A stretch of 63,816 nt of DNA from a virus. Its lineage: Duplodnaviria > Caudoviricetes. A model generated the notes under the pieces. It worked only from the letters and a program-made list of their open reading frames with translations. It searched no databases and was not told the DNA's origin. Each line of letters opens with the position of its first letter. The stretch's first letter is position 1. Shown here piece after piece: positions 10,407 to 19,549 of the stretch. The position numbers and the translations under genes are program-made. The stretch spans positions 1 to 63,816 of IMG/VR virus record IMGVR_UViG_3300032224_001028, one strand, 5' to 3'.

Positions 10407-11906
10407 ATGGCATCAGCATTTAACCTTAGCGTTCCTAATGTAAATCTAACGTCCGAGCTTAACGCTCAGACGACTAACAGTGATTTTCTCCCTAAACTTT
10501 GGAAGAAGGGTGTGCAGATTAGCGAGGCTCAGGAGGATTACTTCAATGATTTTGAAGGTGGTTCTCAGAACTCTCCTATTATGTCTGTCACCGATCTTGC
10601 CAAAGGCGCAGGGCAGAAAATCACCTTCCGGACAATGGCCCAGTTGTTCGGTGACGGTGTTCAGGGCGACGAGATCGTAGGATCGAACGTCGAAGAGTTC
10701 CGAGTTGGGAGCTATACGCTCTCGGTCGATTACCTCCGGCATGCGGTTTCCTACAACATCCGGACAGAAGATCAAACCGGTTTGATGACCGAACTCAAGT
10801 CCAGCATCCCCAACTTGTTGGGTAACTGGCTTGGACGGAAAAAAACCGAACGTCTCCTGAAAATGTTCATCCACAAAGGCAACGCTGAAAACACCGTTCG
10901 CCCTAACAACAAAGCTAACACAGACGCACTTCGTTCTGCTGATACTTTGACTATGGATGCAATTACAACCTTCGGACAGCAGATGAGAACCCGTGGCGCA
11001 AAACCCGCCATGGTCGGCAAAGTCGGTAAAAATACCGTTAATGCCTTCACGTTTGTATCTACTGGCGAAGGATTGTTGTCGCTGAGAAACTCAGCCGACT
11101 ACAAACAAGCTACCCGTGATGCGGGGATCCGTGGTGACGAGAACTACATCTTTAAGGGTGGGTTCGCAAACATCAACGGCCACGTAATCCGGTCTTATGA
11201 CCCGATTGATCACGACGGATGGGGGCCGGTTGGCTCTCCTCTGAATCCTAAGGCTTACTTGGGTGCTGATCTCACCACTGCTCCGACTGCTTCCTTCGGT
11301 TTGAAGGGTGGCGGATCGACTTCTGCTGGTGATAAGACTGGGCCTAAGTACTTCGAGTTCTTCTCGAATTACGCCTACAAATGGTCGCCGGATGATGCTC
11401 TAAGTGCTGGAAGTGACGCAAAATACGTCCTCATTTATAACCTTTCGGGTACAAATGCTGGAAAGTATTGCCTCTATTCCTACACGACGAACAACGGAAA
11501 CCAACTCACGATCACAGGCGCACTTAAGACTACCGCCGAGTCTGCCGGAACCTATCTGAAGGCAACTATCGGTTCGGTATCTGCTGACGCCTCGACTGGT
11601 GTGTGGGCGAATGCCAACATTAGCCGGCAACACCCCGTTGGATCCTTAATTGTTGAAACTAACAGTTATGGTGTTCCGATTGGTCGTACCGTGGTTCTCG
11701 GAGCTTCCTCGGCCCTTCGTGGCTACGGACGCTTCACGAACGAGCGTACCGAAGAAATGTTCGACGGTGATTTCATCCGCAAGGTGTATATCACTTCGAT
11801 CTTCGGTCAGACTCCGTTCCAACGTCCCGACGGGCGTTACCCGAACTATGCAGTCGTAGAACATGCGATTGCCTACGCCGGTCTGAACCTCCCAGTGATC
11901 AGCTAA
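10407..11906 (+). CDS. Major capsid protein, N4-gp56/DUF4043-like
   Basis: VTDLAKGAGQKITF...GDGVQGDEIVGSNVEEF signature; strong GGAGG RBS; terminator follows. Confidence 0.85.
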   Translation: MASAFNLSVPNVNLTSELNAQTTNSDFLPKLWKKGVQISEAQEDYFNDFEGGSQNSPIMSVTDLAKGAGQKITFRTMAQLFGDGVQGDEIVGSNVEEFRVGSYTLSVDYLRHAVSYNIRTEDQTGLMTELKSSIPNLLGNWLGRKKTERLLKMFIHKGNAENTVRPNNKANTDALRSADTLTMDAITTFGQQMRTRGAKPAMVGKVGKNTVNAFTFVSTGEGLLSLRNSADYKQATRDAGIRGDENYIFKGGFANINGHVIRSYDPIDHDGWGPVGSPLNPKAYLGADLTTAPTASFGLKGGGSTSAGDKTGPKYFEFFSNYAYKWSPDDALSAGSDAKYVLIYNLSGTNAGKYCLYSYTTNNGNQLTITGALKTTAESAGTYLKATIGSVSADASTGVWANANISRQHPVGSLIVETNSYGVPIGRTVVLGASSALRGYGRFTNERTEEMFDGDFIRKVYITSIFGQTPFQRPDGRYPNYAVVEHAIAYAGLNLPVIS

Positions 11907-11925
11907 TAGACTGAAAAACTAAATC

Positions 11926-11970
11926 GTTGTACCCCGCCTAGACGTAAAAATCTAGGCGGGGGCAACTTTT
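11926..11970 (+). terminator. Rho-independent terminator after the MCP
   Basis: ccccgcctaga-8 nt-tctaggcgggg stem followed by tttt. Confidence 0.8.
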
Positions 11971-11974
11971 AACA

Positions 11975-12262
11975 ATGAAAGCAATTCTCTACATCTCAGG
12001 AGTTTCCCGCACAATTCACGGGCCTATTACCTATCTAAACGGGAAATCTCAAAGAGAGTACACATTTACTTGGTCTGAGGCTTATCAGAAGCACATCCTA
12101 AACGGTAAGGAGATTGGGATTGAGGATAATTCAATCATCCTAGATCTAGCGACCTCAGAGGAAATCACTTACCAGAAGGCAGTTGTCATGCTCTTGGACG
12201 AACCCAAGGAGGCCGTAGAAGAGGCTCCTAAGCGCAAGAAAGCAGTCAAAAATGACAGTTAA
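11975..12262 (+). CDS. Hypothetical protein
   Basis: 95-aa ORF following the MCP. Confidence 0.6.
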   Translation: MKAILYISGVSRTIHGPITYLNGKSQREYTFTWSEAYQKHILNGKEIGIEDNSIILDLATSEEITYQKAVVMLLDEPKEAVEEAPKRKKAVKNDS

Positions 12263-12938
12263 AACCGTTTTTGACGATCTTTGGGGCAACTGGGGATTCG
12301 AAGCTGAAACAAACGTAACGGCATTCCTGAGGGATCGTACCGTAAATACCCTTAATTCGGCCATGCAACTCATTTGGTCAAACGCCAAAGAGATGTCTTA
12401 TTTCGCCCGTGAAACTATTACCGTGACTGTAAATAGCTCAGGGGTTGCTACTTTAGACGATAACATACAAACAGTAATCGGGCCGGTTCGGGTGGCTTCA
12501 ACAAGCCAACCGCTTTTACAGATTTCCAGCAGGGGAGCATACGAACGTTTTGGACTTCTCTTTGGGGATTCTCCTACGATTTCATCTGGAATACCACAAT
12601 TCTACTTTCTTGAGGAGAATCGTCAGGCCTCGGCAGATTCGGTAAGACTGCGGATCCTGACCGTACCGGCCCCGACATCTACCGCAAGCATTTCAGTGGA
12701 CGTCATTAAACAGCCCACACGTTATTCCTATTCCGATTATGACTCACAAACCGTTATTGCAGTGCCACATAACTACGAGGCAATCCTGCTTCCGGTAGTC
12801 CGTAAGCTGGGTCTAGGTACTAGGTTCTTTGTAGATAAAGGGCGTGAATCGTTTGTTGAGCAGGACTACCAAAATGCTCTTGCCGTGCTTTCCGGAACGT
12901 CGCCGAGAGTTACGCCAAAGGAGGCAAAGGCAAAATGA
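12252..12938 (+). CDS. Head-tail adaptor / tail tubular protein A-like
   Basis: Position; helix-beta-helix layout with GIPQFY and LTVPAP motifs. Confidence 0.55.
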   Translation: MTVKTVFDDLWGNWGFEAETNVTAFLRDRTVNTLNSAMQLIWSNAKEMSYFARETITVTVNSSGVATLDDNIQTVIGPVRVASTSQPLLQISSRGAYERFGLLFGDSPTISSGIPQFYFLEENRQASADSVRLRILTVPAPTSTASISVDVIKQPTRYSYSDYDSQTVIAVPHNYEAILLPVVRKLGLGTRFFVDKGRESFVEQDYQNALAVLSGTSPRVTPKEAKAK

Positions 12939-13786
12939 ACTCAGCCCAGTTAGCCCAGCGTCTCGTTCGATTCACGCCGGCCAAGGACGTAGCTTTACTT
13001 ACGGTTGAGGATGCGATCCGGTTCGTTGATATTATCAACTCCGGACTTTCGGCTTATCACCTAAGGACTCCTCCAAACTATCGTCATGCAAACGCTAGTG
13101 TGACGCTTCCGGCCCCTATTACAGCCTCATTTGGACTAACAAACGGTAGTCAAAACTTCACCGGCTACACTGCGACTGCTAGCCAAGAGGGATCCTCGGT
13201 TTTGTTTGCAGACAAGAACGATCCCCAACAAATCGTAAGCACAAACCAGTTTCTAGCAAGCTGGGGTGGAAGTACTGGTACTATGAACGGGACGATCTAC
13301 GGGGATGCAATTCAACTTCCATCCGGTGTAGCTAGGGTTGTCACGCATCCCACAATTAACGGGAACGTGCTGAAGAGGGAAGATGCCGAAATCTGGCTGA
13401 GTCCAACGGCAATCGGAAAGCCCTACGCCTATAAGCTAGAGGCAGTTGGATCTATCGGTGGTGCATTTCCTCCATTCTATCTGCGTGTTCACCCGCTTCC
13501 AGAGACGTCTTATATTGTGTCGATTACAGTAGAACTTGAGCCTTCTCAGTTAGTTATTACCGATCTTTCGGCTCAGACAACAATTCCAGTACGAAATGGT
13601 CATGTTGCTTCATTCCTTTTGCCTATTTGCGAAGGGGAGCTAGCGATGAGCGAGTTATGGAACTCCGAGTTTTCTAAAGATGGAGTCATGAAGAGATACG
13701 AGAATGCAATAATCGGACTCGGCCAACTTGAGTCTAATGACATGGCTTCTCCGGCAAACAGGGTGAAGTCTGCGAGGGGCTACTAA
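12935..13786 (+). CDS. Second adaptor-like virion protein with beta insertion
   Basis: GKPYAY and LRVHPLP motifs parallel the preceding gene. Confidence 0.5.
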   Translation: MNSAQLAQRLVRFTPAKDVALLTVEDAIRFVDIINSGLSAYHLRTPPNYRHANASVTLPAPITASFGLTNGSQNFTGYTATASQEGSSVLFADKNDPQQIVSTNQFLASWGGSTGTMNGTIYGDAIQLPSGVARVVTHPTINGNVLKREDAEIWLSPTAIGKPYAYKLEAVGSIGGAFPPFYLRVHPLPETSYIVSITVELEPSQLVITDLSAQTTIPVRNGHVASFLLPICEGELAMSELWNSEFSKDGVMKRYENAIIGLGQLESNDMASPANRVKSARGY

Positions 13787-13787
13787 A

Positions 13788-14480
13788 ATGGAAAACATCA
13801 TCCCTCTTTCAGACCTAGATAATCTAATCACTGAAACGATTCAGCAGATTAAGGTTGGTATTGTTGGTGCAAGGCAGTACGCAATCGCTGAACTTCCTGA
13901 GAAGGTTGATTTTGAGATGAACCTAGTAAGGGGATGGCAGGATTCGTCTTACGCACTTCAAAAGACAACGGCCAAAACGGGTTCGGCTAACCAAAACCAG
14001 ACATCAAACAATACAGGAAACCAGAACCAGACCAACACGGATACCGGAAGCACGAACCGAAACAGGACTGGATCTGAAAATAGGAACGAGAATCGGAACG
14101 AAAACCGGAACGAGAATAGGAACGAGAATAGGAACGAAAACCGGAACGAGAATAGGAACGAGAATAGGAACGAAAACCGGAACGAGAATAGGAACGAGAA
14201 TAGGAATGAGAATAGGAATGAAAACAAAAATGAGAATCGGAACGAAAACCGGAACGAAAACCGGAACGAGAACAAAAATGAGAATCGGAACGAAAACCGG
14301 AACGAGAACCGGAACGAGAACAAAAATGAGAATCGGAACGAAAACAAGAACGAAAACCGGAACGAGAACAAAAACGAGAACCGGAATGAGAACCGGAACG
14401 AGAATAGGAACGAGAACAAGAACTCAAACCAGAACAATAATTATGTTTACGGACAAGCTGACGGGATAATGGGGAACTAG
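13788..14480 (+). CDS. (ENRN)n repeat protein; N-terminus resembles the first half of a Trypco2-like domain
   Basis: 230 aa; 29 EN[RK]N units; LITETIQQIKVG..A...VDFEM N-terminus. Confidence 0.75.
   Translation: MENIIPLSDLDNLITETIQQIKVGIVGARQYAIAELPEKVDFEMNLVRGWQDSSYALQKTTAKTGSANQNQTSNNTGNQNQTNTDTGSTNRNRTGSENRNENRNENRNENRNENRNENRNENRNENRNENRNENRNENRNENRNENKNENRNENRNENRNENKNENRNENRNENRNENKNENRNENKNENRNENKNENRNENRNENRNENKNSNQNNNYVYGQADGIMGN
14076..14423 (+). repeat. Coding 12-bp tandem repeat, 29 units, GARAAY(MGG/AAR)AAY
   Basis: 348 nt; variation is almost entirely synonymous or R/K. Confidence 0.95.
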
Positions 14481-14491
14481 AGGATAAATAT

Positions 14492-15061
14492 ATGGATGGA
14501 AACGATTACGTCTTAAAAAGCGAAAACCTTCAAAATCAGGATACTCAGACGAGTACTGCCACAAGCACTTCTACTAGCACTGGAACGAGTACAGGAACGA
14601 GTACAGGAACCAGTACAGGAACGAGTACAGGAACCAGTACAGGAACGAGTACCGGAACTAGCACAGGAACGAGTACCGGAACCAGCACAGGAACGAGTAC
14701 CGGAACCAGCACAGTAACGAGTACCGGAACCAGCACAGGAACGAGTACCGGAACCAGCACAGGAACGAGTACCGGAACCAGCACAGGAACGAGTACCGGA
14801 ACTAGCACAGGAACGAGTACCGGAACCAGCACAGGAACGAGTACCGGAACTAGCACAGGAACGAGTACCGGAACTACCACCGGAACCAACACGGGAACCG
14901 AAACGGAAAGTCGTAGCGGATCCGCTAGCACAACTTTGTCTAAGACTGATTCTGGTGTTCAAAATAGCAATTCAAACTCAAACGAGAACGCTACTGAGTC
15001 CGAAAGGGCCAATCTCGCTTGCGTATGCAAGTTCTCGGTAGCAATTAGAGGAGGGTTATGA
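14492..15061 (+). CDS. (TSTG)n repeat protein; C-terminus resembles the last strand of a Trypco2-like domain (KFSV)
   Basis: 189 aa; GAGGA RBS; Thr at every second residue for 121 aa. Confidence 0.75.
   Translation: MDGNDYVLKSENLQNQDTQTSTATSTSTSTGTSTGTSTGTSTGTSTGTSTGTSTGTSTGTSTGTSTGTSTGTSTVTSTGTSTGTSTGTSTGTSTGTSTGTSTGTSTGTSTGTSTGTSTGTSTGTSTGTTTGTNTGTETESRSGSASTTLSKTDSGVQNSNSNSNENATESERANLACVCKFSVAIRGGL
14573..14896 (+). repeat. Coding 12-bp tandem repeat, ~27 TxTG units (ACNAGYACNGGA)
   Basis: Read directly; synonymous variation between units. Confidence 0.95.
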
Positions 15062-17850
15062 GCCTAAATACAACCGTACCAACGAACATCAATGACACCT
15101 ATGCAGTGCCGTCTTTGCCAGTTGAAAATATCTCAAACAAAGAAGATAAGGCAAACAAGGGCATAGCGAACGGGTACGCTCCTTTAGACGGAACTGGCAA
15201 AGTACCTGAAGCAAATCTTCCGGCTATTGATGTTTCTGGTCAGATTGCAACCCACAACTCCGCAACCACATCAGTTCACGGAATTGCAAATACGGGTGAG
15301 TTGATTCATTCGACTGTTATTGGCCCAAACACAGACAAGGTTGTTACATTTAATGAGTCTGGCGCAAACGGAGCTAATTCAGAAATAGGCGCATGGGGTT
15401 TTGGTGTAGCTGGCAATAATGCAGATGCCTACATCGAGCCAACTGGATTAACCGTAGAGGGTTCTGGAAAATCTATTTTTATCGGATCCGATAAGATTAC
15501 GTTTAACGGGTCAGGCAAAATCCATTTTGGAGGAAATTACGGAGGATCACTCGATCTATCTGGCGGGGGGAATGCAGATCCAAACTATGAAATCTATAAT
15601 GGTGACGGCATGGGAGCAAAAGGCGGGAGTATTGATCTTAGAGGAGGAAACGGAGGACAAGACGGGTGGGCTTCTTCGGGTGGCCTCATTCAGCTTCTCG
15701 GAGCAAACGGTGATGATGGAGTAAGCGGTAGCGCTGGGCAGATTATAATGAATGGGGGCACCCATCAAGGGAACGCTGGAAGCATTATAGCAAACGGAGC
15801 ACCCAACCGTTCAGCAGGGTCATTAAATATGTCGGCGTTCTATAATAATTTTAGTGGTCTTGGTGGAGCGGGTGGATCAATAAATACCTCTGGCGGTACA
15901 TCTGGATCTGGTGGCTCTATTAACTTGTCGGCAGGGGCGAATGAAGACGGAAATAATGGCGGAAGCATTATTGCAACCGCAGGAGAAGGCGGTGGGGCAA
16001 ACGGTGGAACACTTAACATGTCTGGAGGAACATTTAACAACACTTCTGGCGGAAACATAAATACATCTGGCGGTATTGGAGAAAATTCATTTGGCGGATC
16101 AATCAACACCTCAAATGGTGGCGGTTCAATCGATACCTCTAATGGTGGCGGTTCAATTAAAACGGGAGGCACAACCACGGACTATGTAGAAAGAATTGTT
16201 CTTCCTTCATCGTGCGGGGAGTATTCAGGAGACTACATTAATGGACGAACCTTTAGTCCTGATTATTACACACAGAATCCATCATTTCAAGATTGGTTCA
16301 AAGTCAGCAACAACAAAGTACTAATCACTTTAGAATTAGATTCGATGTTCTATTTGCGTGACACTGGGATCGAATATCCTTGGCCTGACGTTTATTTGGC
16401 GAGTTCATCTAATCTGACAAACTGGTCAGCACAAGGACAAATAACAAAAGTTACCGTTTCTGGATTTACTGGCGAATATAGCACTTCCAACGGAGTTTAT
16501 ATTTCTAGTGGGGATGGATATTTTAACAACAACAATGGTTGTATCATCGAATTTTCAGGAACTCAGCCTACGCACATATTGGGAGTTCCAAATCATGATA
16601 CAGGAAGTCAAGCAACTGTTGCGACAAAGGTAGGAGCAAATTGGGTTCTTTCAGCAGGAGTTACGGCAACTTCATTAACGGTAGCTTTGGATACCGGAGT
16701 TCCATCAACGTTCACAGCAACGCTTACCGATAACACAAAAGCTGGCGGATCGATTGTTACGAGTGGTGGAGGTGGATCTATAAATACTGCCGTGGGATAT
16801 ATCGACCTTGGAACACCTACCACAAGGACAAGGCTCAAGAACAGTCTTGTGAATGGGGTAACATCTGTATTGCCATCGACATCTGGAACTCTTGCTCTTC
16901 AAAATCACGTCCACGGCAACATAACTAATACTGGTTCAATAGGCTTTTTGGCTAACAAACCACTAATCACCACAACCAGTGGCGTTGTAACCACGGGAAC
17001 CTTTGGAACTACCGCAAACACCTTCTGCCAAGGTAATGACTCAAGGCTTTCAGACGCAAGAACTCCTGCTTCCCACACTCACGGCAATATAACGAATGAT
17101 GGTAAAGTTCTTGTTCCATACGGAGGAATCCTTTCCGCAACTGGCGTGGATGCAGGATCATTTTCAAATGACACATTCCCAATGATTCAAGGTAGCGGAA
17201 CTGGTGGCGTTATTACTGTACTCAATGGAGTAATTTCAGTTACAAGTGCTGGTAGTGGATATGTGGATGGCGTTGCCACAAAAGCTGGGGGAAGTAGATT
17301 TAACCTAGTAACTCAGTCCACTCAAAACGCCCCCGCAGATTTACCATTAGTCACCACAAGTGGAGGAGTGATCACTACTGGAGCTATCAGACCTTACGTC
17401 ATCACAATGGCTCATAGCTCAATTACATATTCCGCTAACGGATCCGTGCATTACTTTGGAAACTTTAATGATTCAGGGCTATCTGGCCCTTCGCAAAACG
17501 CTGATCAGAAAAACTTTATCCTGCCATACTCCGCTAAACTTGTAGGAGCCGGCCTGACATTCTATTCGCAGGGATCCACTCCTGCAAACACTACCAATAC
17601 TACTCAAGCTACAATAACATACGATATATGTGAGAAAGCGAGCGCAGATTCATCTTCAGTGACAACTACAGGGACAATAATGAGTGCAAATATACACGGC
17701 GCACCAACAGCAAAATGTTTTTCGACGACAGCAACGGGTCTAAACATTCAACTTACTGCCGGAAAACACTATGTAATCAGAATGACTGGTGGACAATTTA
17801 CAACATATCCCTCGCAATTTAGATCCGTACTTATGTTGTGGTTGCAATGA
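15058..17850 (+). CDS. Tail fibre / receptor-binding protein
   Basis: KGIANGYAPLDGTGKVP, GGSIN glycine repeats, HxHGNITN and GNDSRLSDARTP fibre motifs. Confidence 0.8.
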   Translation: MSLNTTVPTNINDTYAVPSLPVENISNKEDKANKGIANGYAPLDGTGKVPEANLPAIDVSGQIATHNSATTSVHGIANTGELIHSTVIGPNTDKVVTFNESGANGANSEIGAWGFGVAGNNADAYIEPTGLTVEGSGKSIFIGSDKITFNGSGKIHFGGNYGGSLDLSGGGNADPNYEIYNGDGMGAKGGSIDLRGGNGGQDGWASSGGLIQLLGANGDDGVSGSAGQIIMNGGTHQGNAGSIIANGAPNRSAGSLNMSAFYNNFSGLGGAGGSINTSGGTSGSGGSINLSAGANEDGNNGGSIIATAGEGGGANGGTLNMSGGTFNNTSGGNINTSGGIGENSFGGSINTSNGGGSIDTSNGGGSIKTGGTTTDYVERIVLPSSCGEYSGDYINGRTFSPDYYTQNPSFQDWFKVSNNKVLITLELDSMFYLRDTGIEYPWPDVYLASSSNLTNWSAQGQITKVTVSGFTGEYSTSNGVYISSGDGYFNNNNGCIIEFSGTQPTHILGVPNHDTGSQATVATKVGANWVLSAGVTATSLTVALDTGVPSTFTATLTDNTKAGGSIVTSGGGGSINTAVGYIDLGTPTTRTRLKNSLVNGVTSVLPSTSGTLALQNHVHGNITNTGSIGFLANKPLITTTSGVVTTGTFGTTANTFCQGNDSRLSDARTPASHTHGNITNDGKVLVPYGGILSATGVDAGSFSNDTFPMIQGSGTGGVITVLNGVISVTSAGSGYVDGVATKAGGSRFNLVTQSTQNAPADLPLVTTSGGVITTGAIRPYVITMAHSSITYSANGSVHYFGNFNDSGLSGPSQNADQKNFILPYSAKLVGAGLTFYSQGSTPANTTNTTQATITYDICEKASADSSSVTTTGTIMSANIHGAPTAKCFSTTATGLNIQLTAGKHYVIRMTGGQFTTYPSQFRSVLMLWLQ

Positions 17851-18104
17851 GTACTTCCGATAGAAAAAATATATCAGACGTCCGTGAGAGACTGGCTCGT
17901 TTAGAAGAGCGAATCATCACGATTCAGGCCGTACTGGAAAAGAATACATCTGAACTGGCTGAATGGTCGTCAAAGGTATCTGGCCGGATCGACTCCCTAG
18001 AGCGTCTCAAGTCGTATGCTCTTGGTTTTATTGCCTTTGCTTCTCTTGCCCTGAGCCTTACCTACGAATGGGTGAAGATTAAGTTTTGGGGGCAACAACC
18101 ATGA
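17847..18104 (+). CDS. Coiled-coil protein with C-terminal TM (XhlA/holin-like)
   Basis: ERLARLEER coiled coil and a single TM; first gene of lysis cassette. Confidence 0.55.
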   Translation: MSTSDRKNISDVRERLARLEERIITIQAVLEKNTSELAEWSSKVSGRIDSLERLKSYALGFIAFASLALSLTYEWVKIKFWGQQP

Positions 18105-18703
18105 AGAGCAAAAAAAAGCAGGATCTAAACTCTCTTGTGACGTTTGTTCTTAAGGAAAATACCCTTCTCAGGTCAGTGATTATGCACCTACACAGGATGT
18201 TGAAAGACGCCGAGGCCGGTGCGTCCGATGAAGTAGGTGAAGTACACGTAAATAAACTTACGGCATCCCTCAAGCGTCTTGAGCGTTTCTATTCGGCAAG
18301 GTTTAAGTCTTTCCCTCCGTTAGCTATCCTCTTTGTGATATGTATTGTCGGTTGTTCGACAACAAGTAGCAAGAGATCCGCCGGTGACTTTAACCGTGTT
18401 GACTTTTACCTAGAGCAAGTTGGGGAAGCTAAAACAGTAGAAGATGCCAAAAGGCTAGCGGATAAGGCAAAGGCCCAGCTTGTCTCGGCAAAGGAAGTAT
18501 GCGCCTCGAATACCGAAGAACTGGATCGTGTCACAAAAGAGCTAAATGAGGCTAATAAGAACGTCGATTATTGGAAGGGGAAGCAGAGGAAGGCACTAAA
18601 AGAACTCTGGTTCTGGCGGGGTGCTTTGATTGTCGTTGGCTTATTTGCCTTAAAGGGGCCGATCTTTTGGGTGATCCGGAAATTCGTGGGGATACCTTGG
18701 TGA
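18101..18703 (+). CDS. Spanin-like lysis protein
   Basis: Internal hydrophobic stretch plus lipobox IVG-C, coiled coil, C-terminal TM. Confidence 0.45.
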   Translation: MKSKKKQDLNSLVTFVLKENTLLRSVIMHLHRMLKDAEAGASDEVGEVHVNKLTASLKRLERFYSARFKSFPPLAILFVICIVGCSTTSSKRSAGDFNRVDFYLEQVGEAKTVEDAKRLADKAKAQLVSAKEVCASNTEELDRVTKELNEANKNVDYWKGKQRKALKELWFWRGALIVVGLFALKGPIFWVIRKFVGIPW

Positions 18704-19044
18704 GATTTTTAAGGAAGATTCAGGGGTTTCGGGCATTCGTATCGGCCCTAGCCCTTTTCGTCGTTTCAAGGCCGGTTATTCAGAACCTAGATCCGAGTGC
18801 CGGATCTACTGATTTTGGTGTAGTTCATGCCCTTGTTTTTGGCGTATGCGTATTTTTGCTTTCCATCGCCTTAGCCTTTTTCGTCGTTAGCTCGGAGTTC
18901 CCGACTATCGATGAACACATGGACTCAGGCCGGTTTTTACAGGATTGGAGAGCAATTAACTCCCGCACACGGGTAATTGTGACGGTTTGCGTCGTGTTAG
19001 CACTTTTCTTTGGTGCGATCCTAGCAATCCGGAGTGGGTTATGA
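18700..19044 (+). CDS. Holin candidate (3 TM)
   Basis: GTGA-coupled start; three hydrophobic segments; precedes endolysin. Confidence 0.55.
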   Translation: MRFLRKIQGFRAFVSALALFVVSRPVIQNLDPSAGSTDFGVVHALVFGVCVFLLSIALAFFVVSSEFPTIDEHMDSGRFLQDWRAINSRTRVIVTVCVVLALFFGAILAIRSGL

Positions 19045-19045
19045 C

Positions 19046-19549
19046 ATGCGATTACTCCTCAGGATCATGGTGGTCACGGCCCTCTGTGGATCGTGTTGGG
19101 CAGGAGAAAGGCAGGACGTCCTTAATTTCGCACGTTCGTTTCTTGGGGTTAAAGAAGCGACAGGAAAGAATGATGGCCCTGAGGTCGAGGCTTTCCTTGA
19201 GTCCGTTGGGCTTTCTAAGGGGGATCCTTGGTGCGCTTCATTCCTCTATTACGTTTTTTCCAAGAGCAGTACTGCGGTTGTACCGAGGTCTGGTTGGTCG
19301 CCTGATTGGGTATCCGGAGGCAAACGGCCAACTGCCGGAGTCCTTCCGGTTGCCGGAGTGTTTGGAATCTGGTTCGAAAGCCTACGACGAGTGGCACATG
19401 TGGGACTTATCGAAAAAAACGAAGGTCAATGGGTATTCACTATCGAAGGGAATACGTCGCCGGAAGGAAGCAGGGACGGGAACGGATGCTATCGGAGACG
19501 ACGCCTAGTTAAGCAGATCTACAAAGTGAAGGACTACCTCCATGAGTGA
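19046..19549 (+). CDS. CHAP-domain endolysin with signal peptide
   Basis: PWCASF, HVGL and TIEGNT motifs; N-terminal MRLLLRIMVVTALCGSCWA. Confidence 0.85.
   Translation: MRLLLRIMVVTALCGSCWAGERQDVLNFARSFLGVKEATGKNDGPEVEAFLESVGLSKGDPWCASFLYYVFSKSSTAVVPRSGWSPDWVSGGKRPTAGVLPVAGVFGIWFESLRRVAHVGLIEKNEGQWVFTIEGNTSPEGSRDGNGCYRRRRLVKQIYKVKDYLHE

Noticed and set aside
14076-14896. CRISPR array or non-coding VNTR
   Set aside because: 12-bp units have no unique spacers, are in frame and vary synonymously; no cas operon (the Cas4-like gene sits next to recT)
13958-14962. Antisense and alternate-frame ORFs over the repeats (FSFR, SRSG, VPVL, GTRT)
   Set aside because: Open only because the repeat unit lacks stops; no RBS or unique domains
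5793-17850. Diversity-generating retroelement targeting fibre genes
   Set aside because: No reverse transcriptase and no adenine-mismatched TR/VR pair noticed
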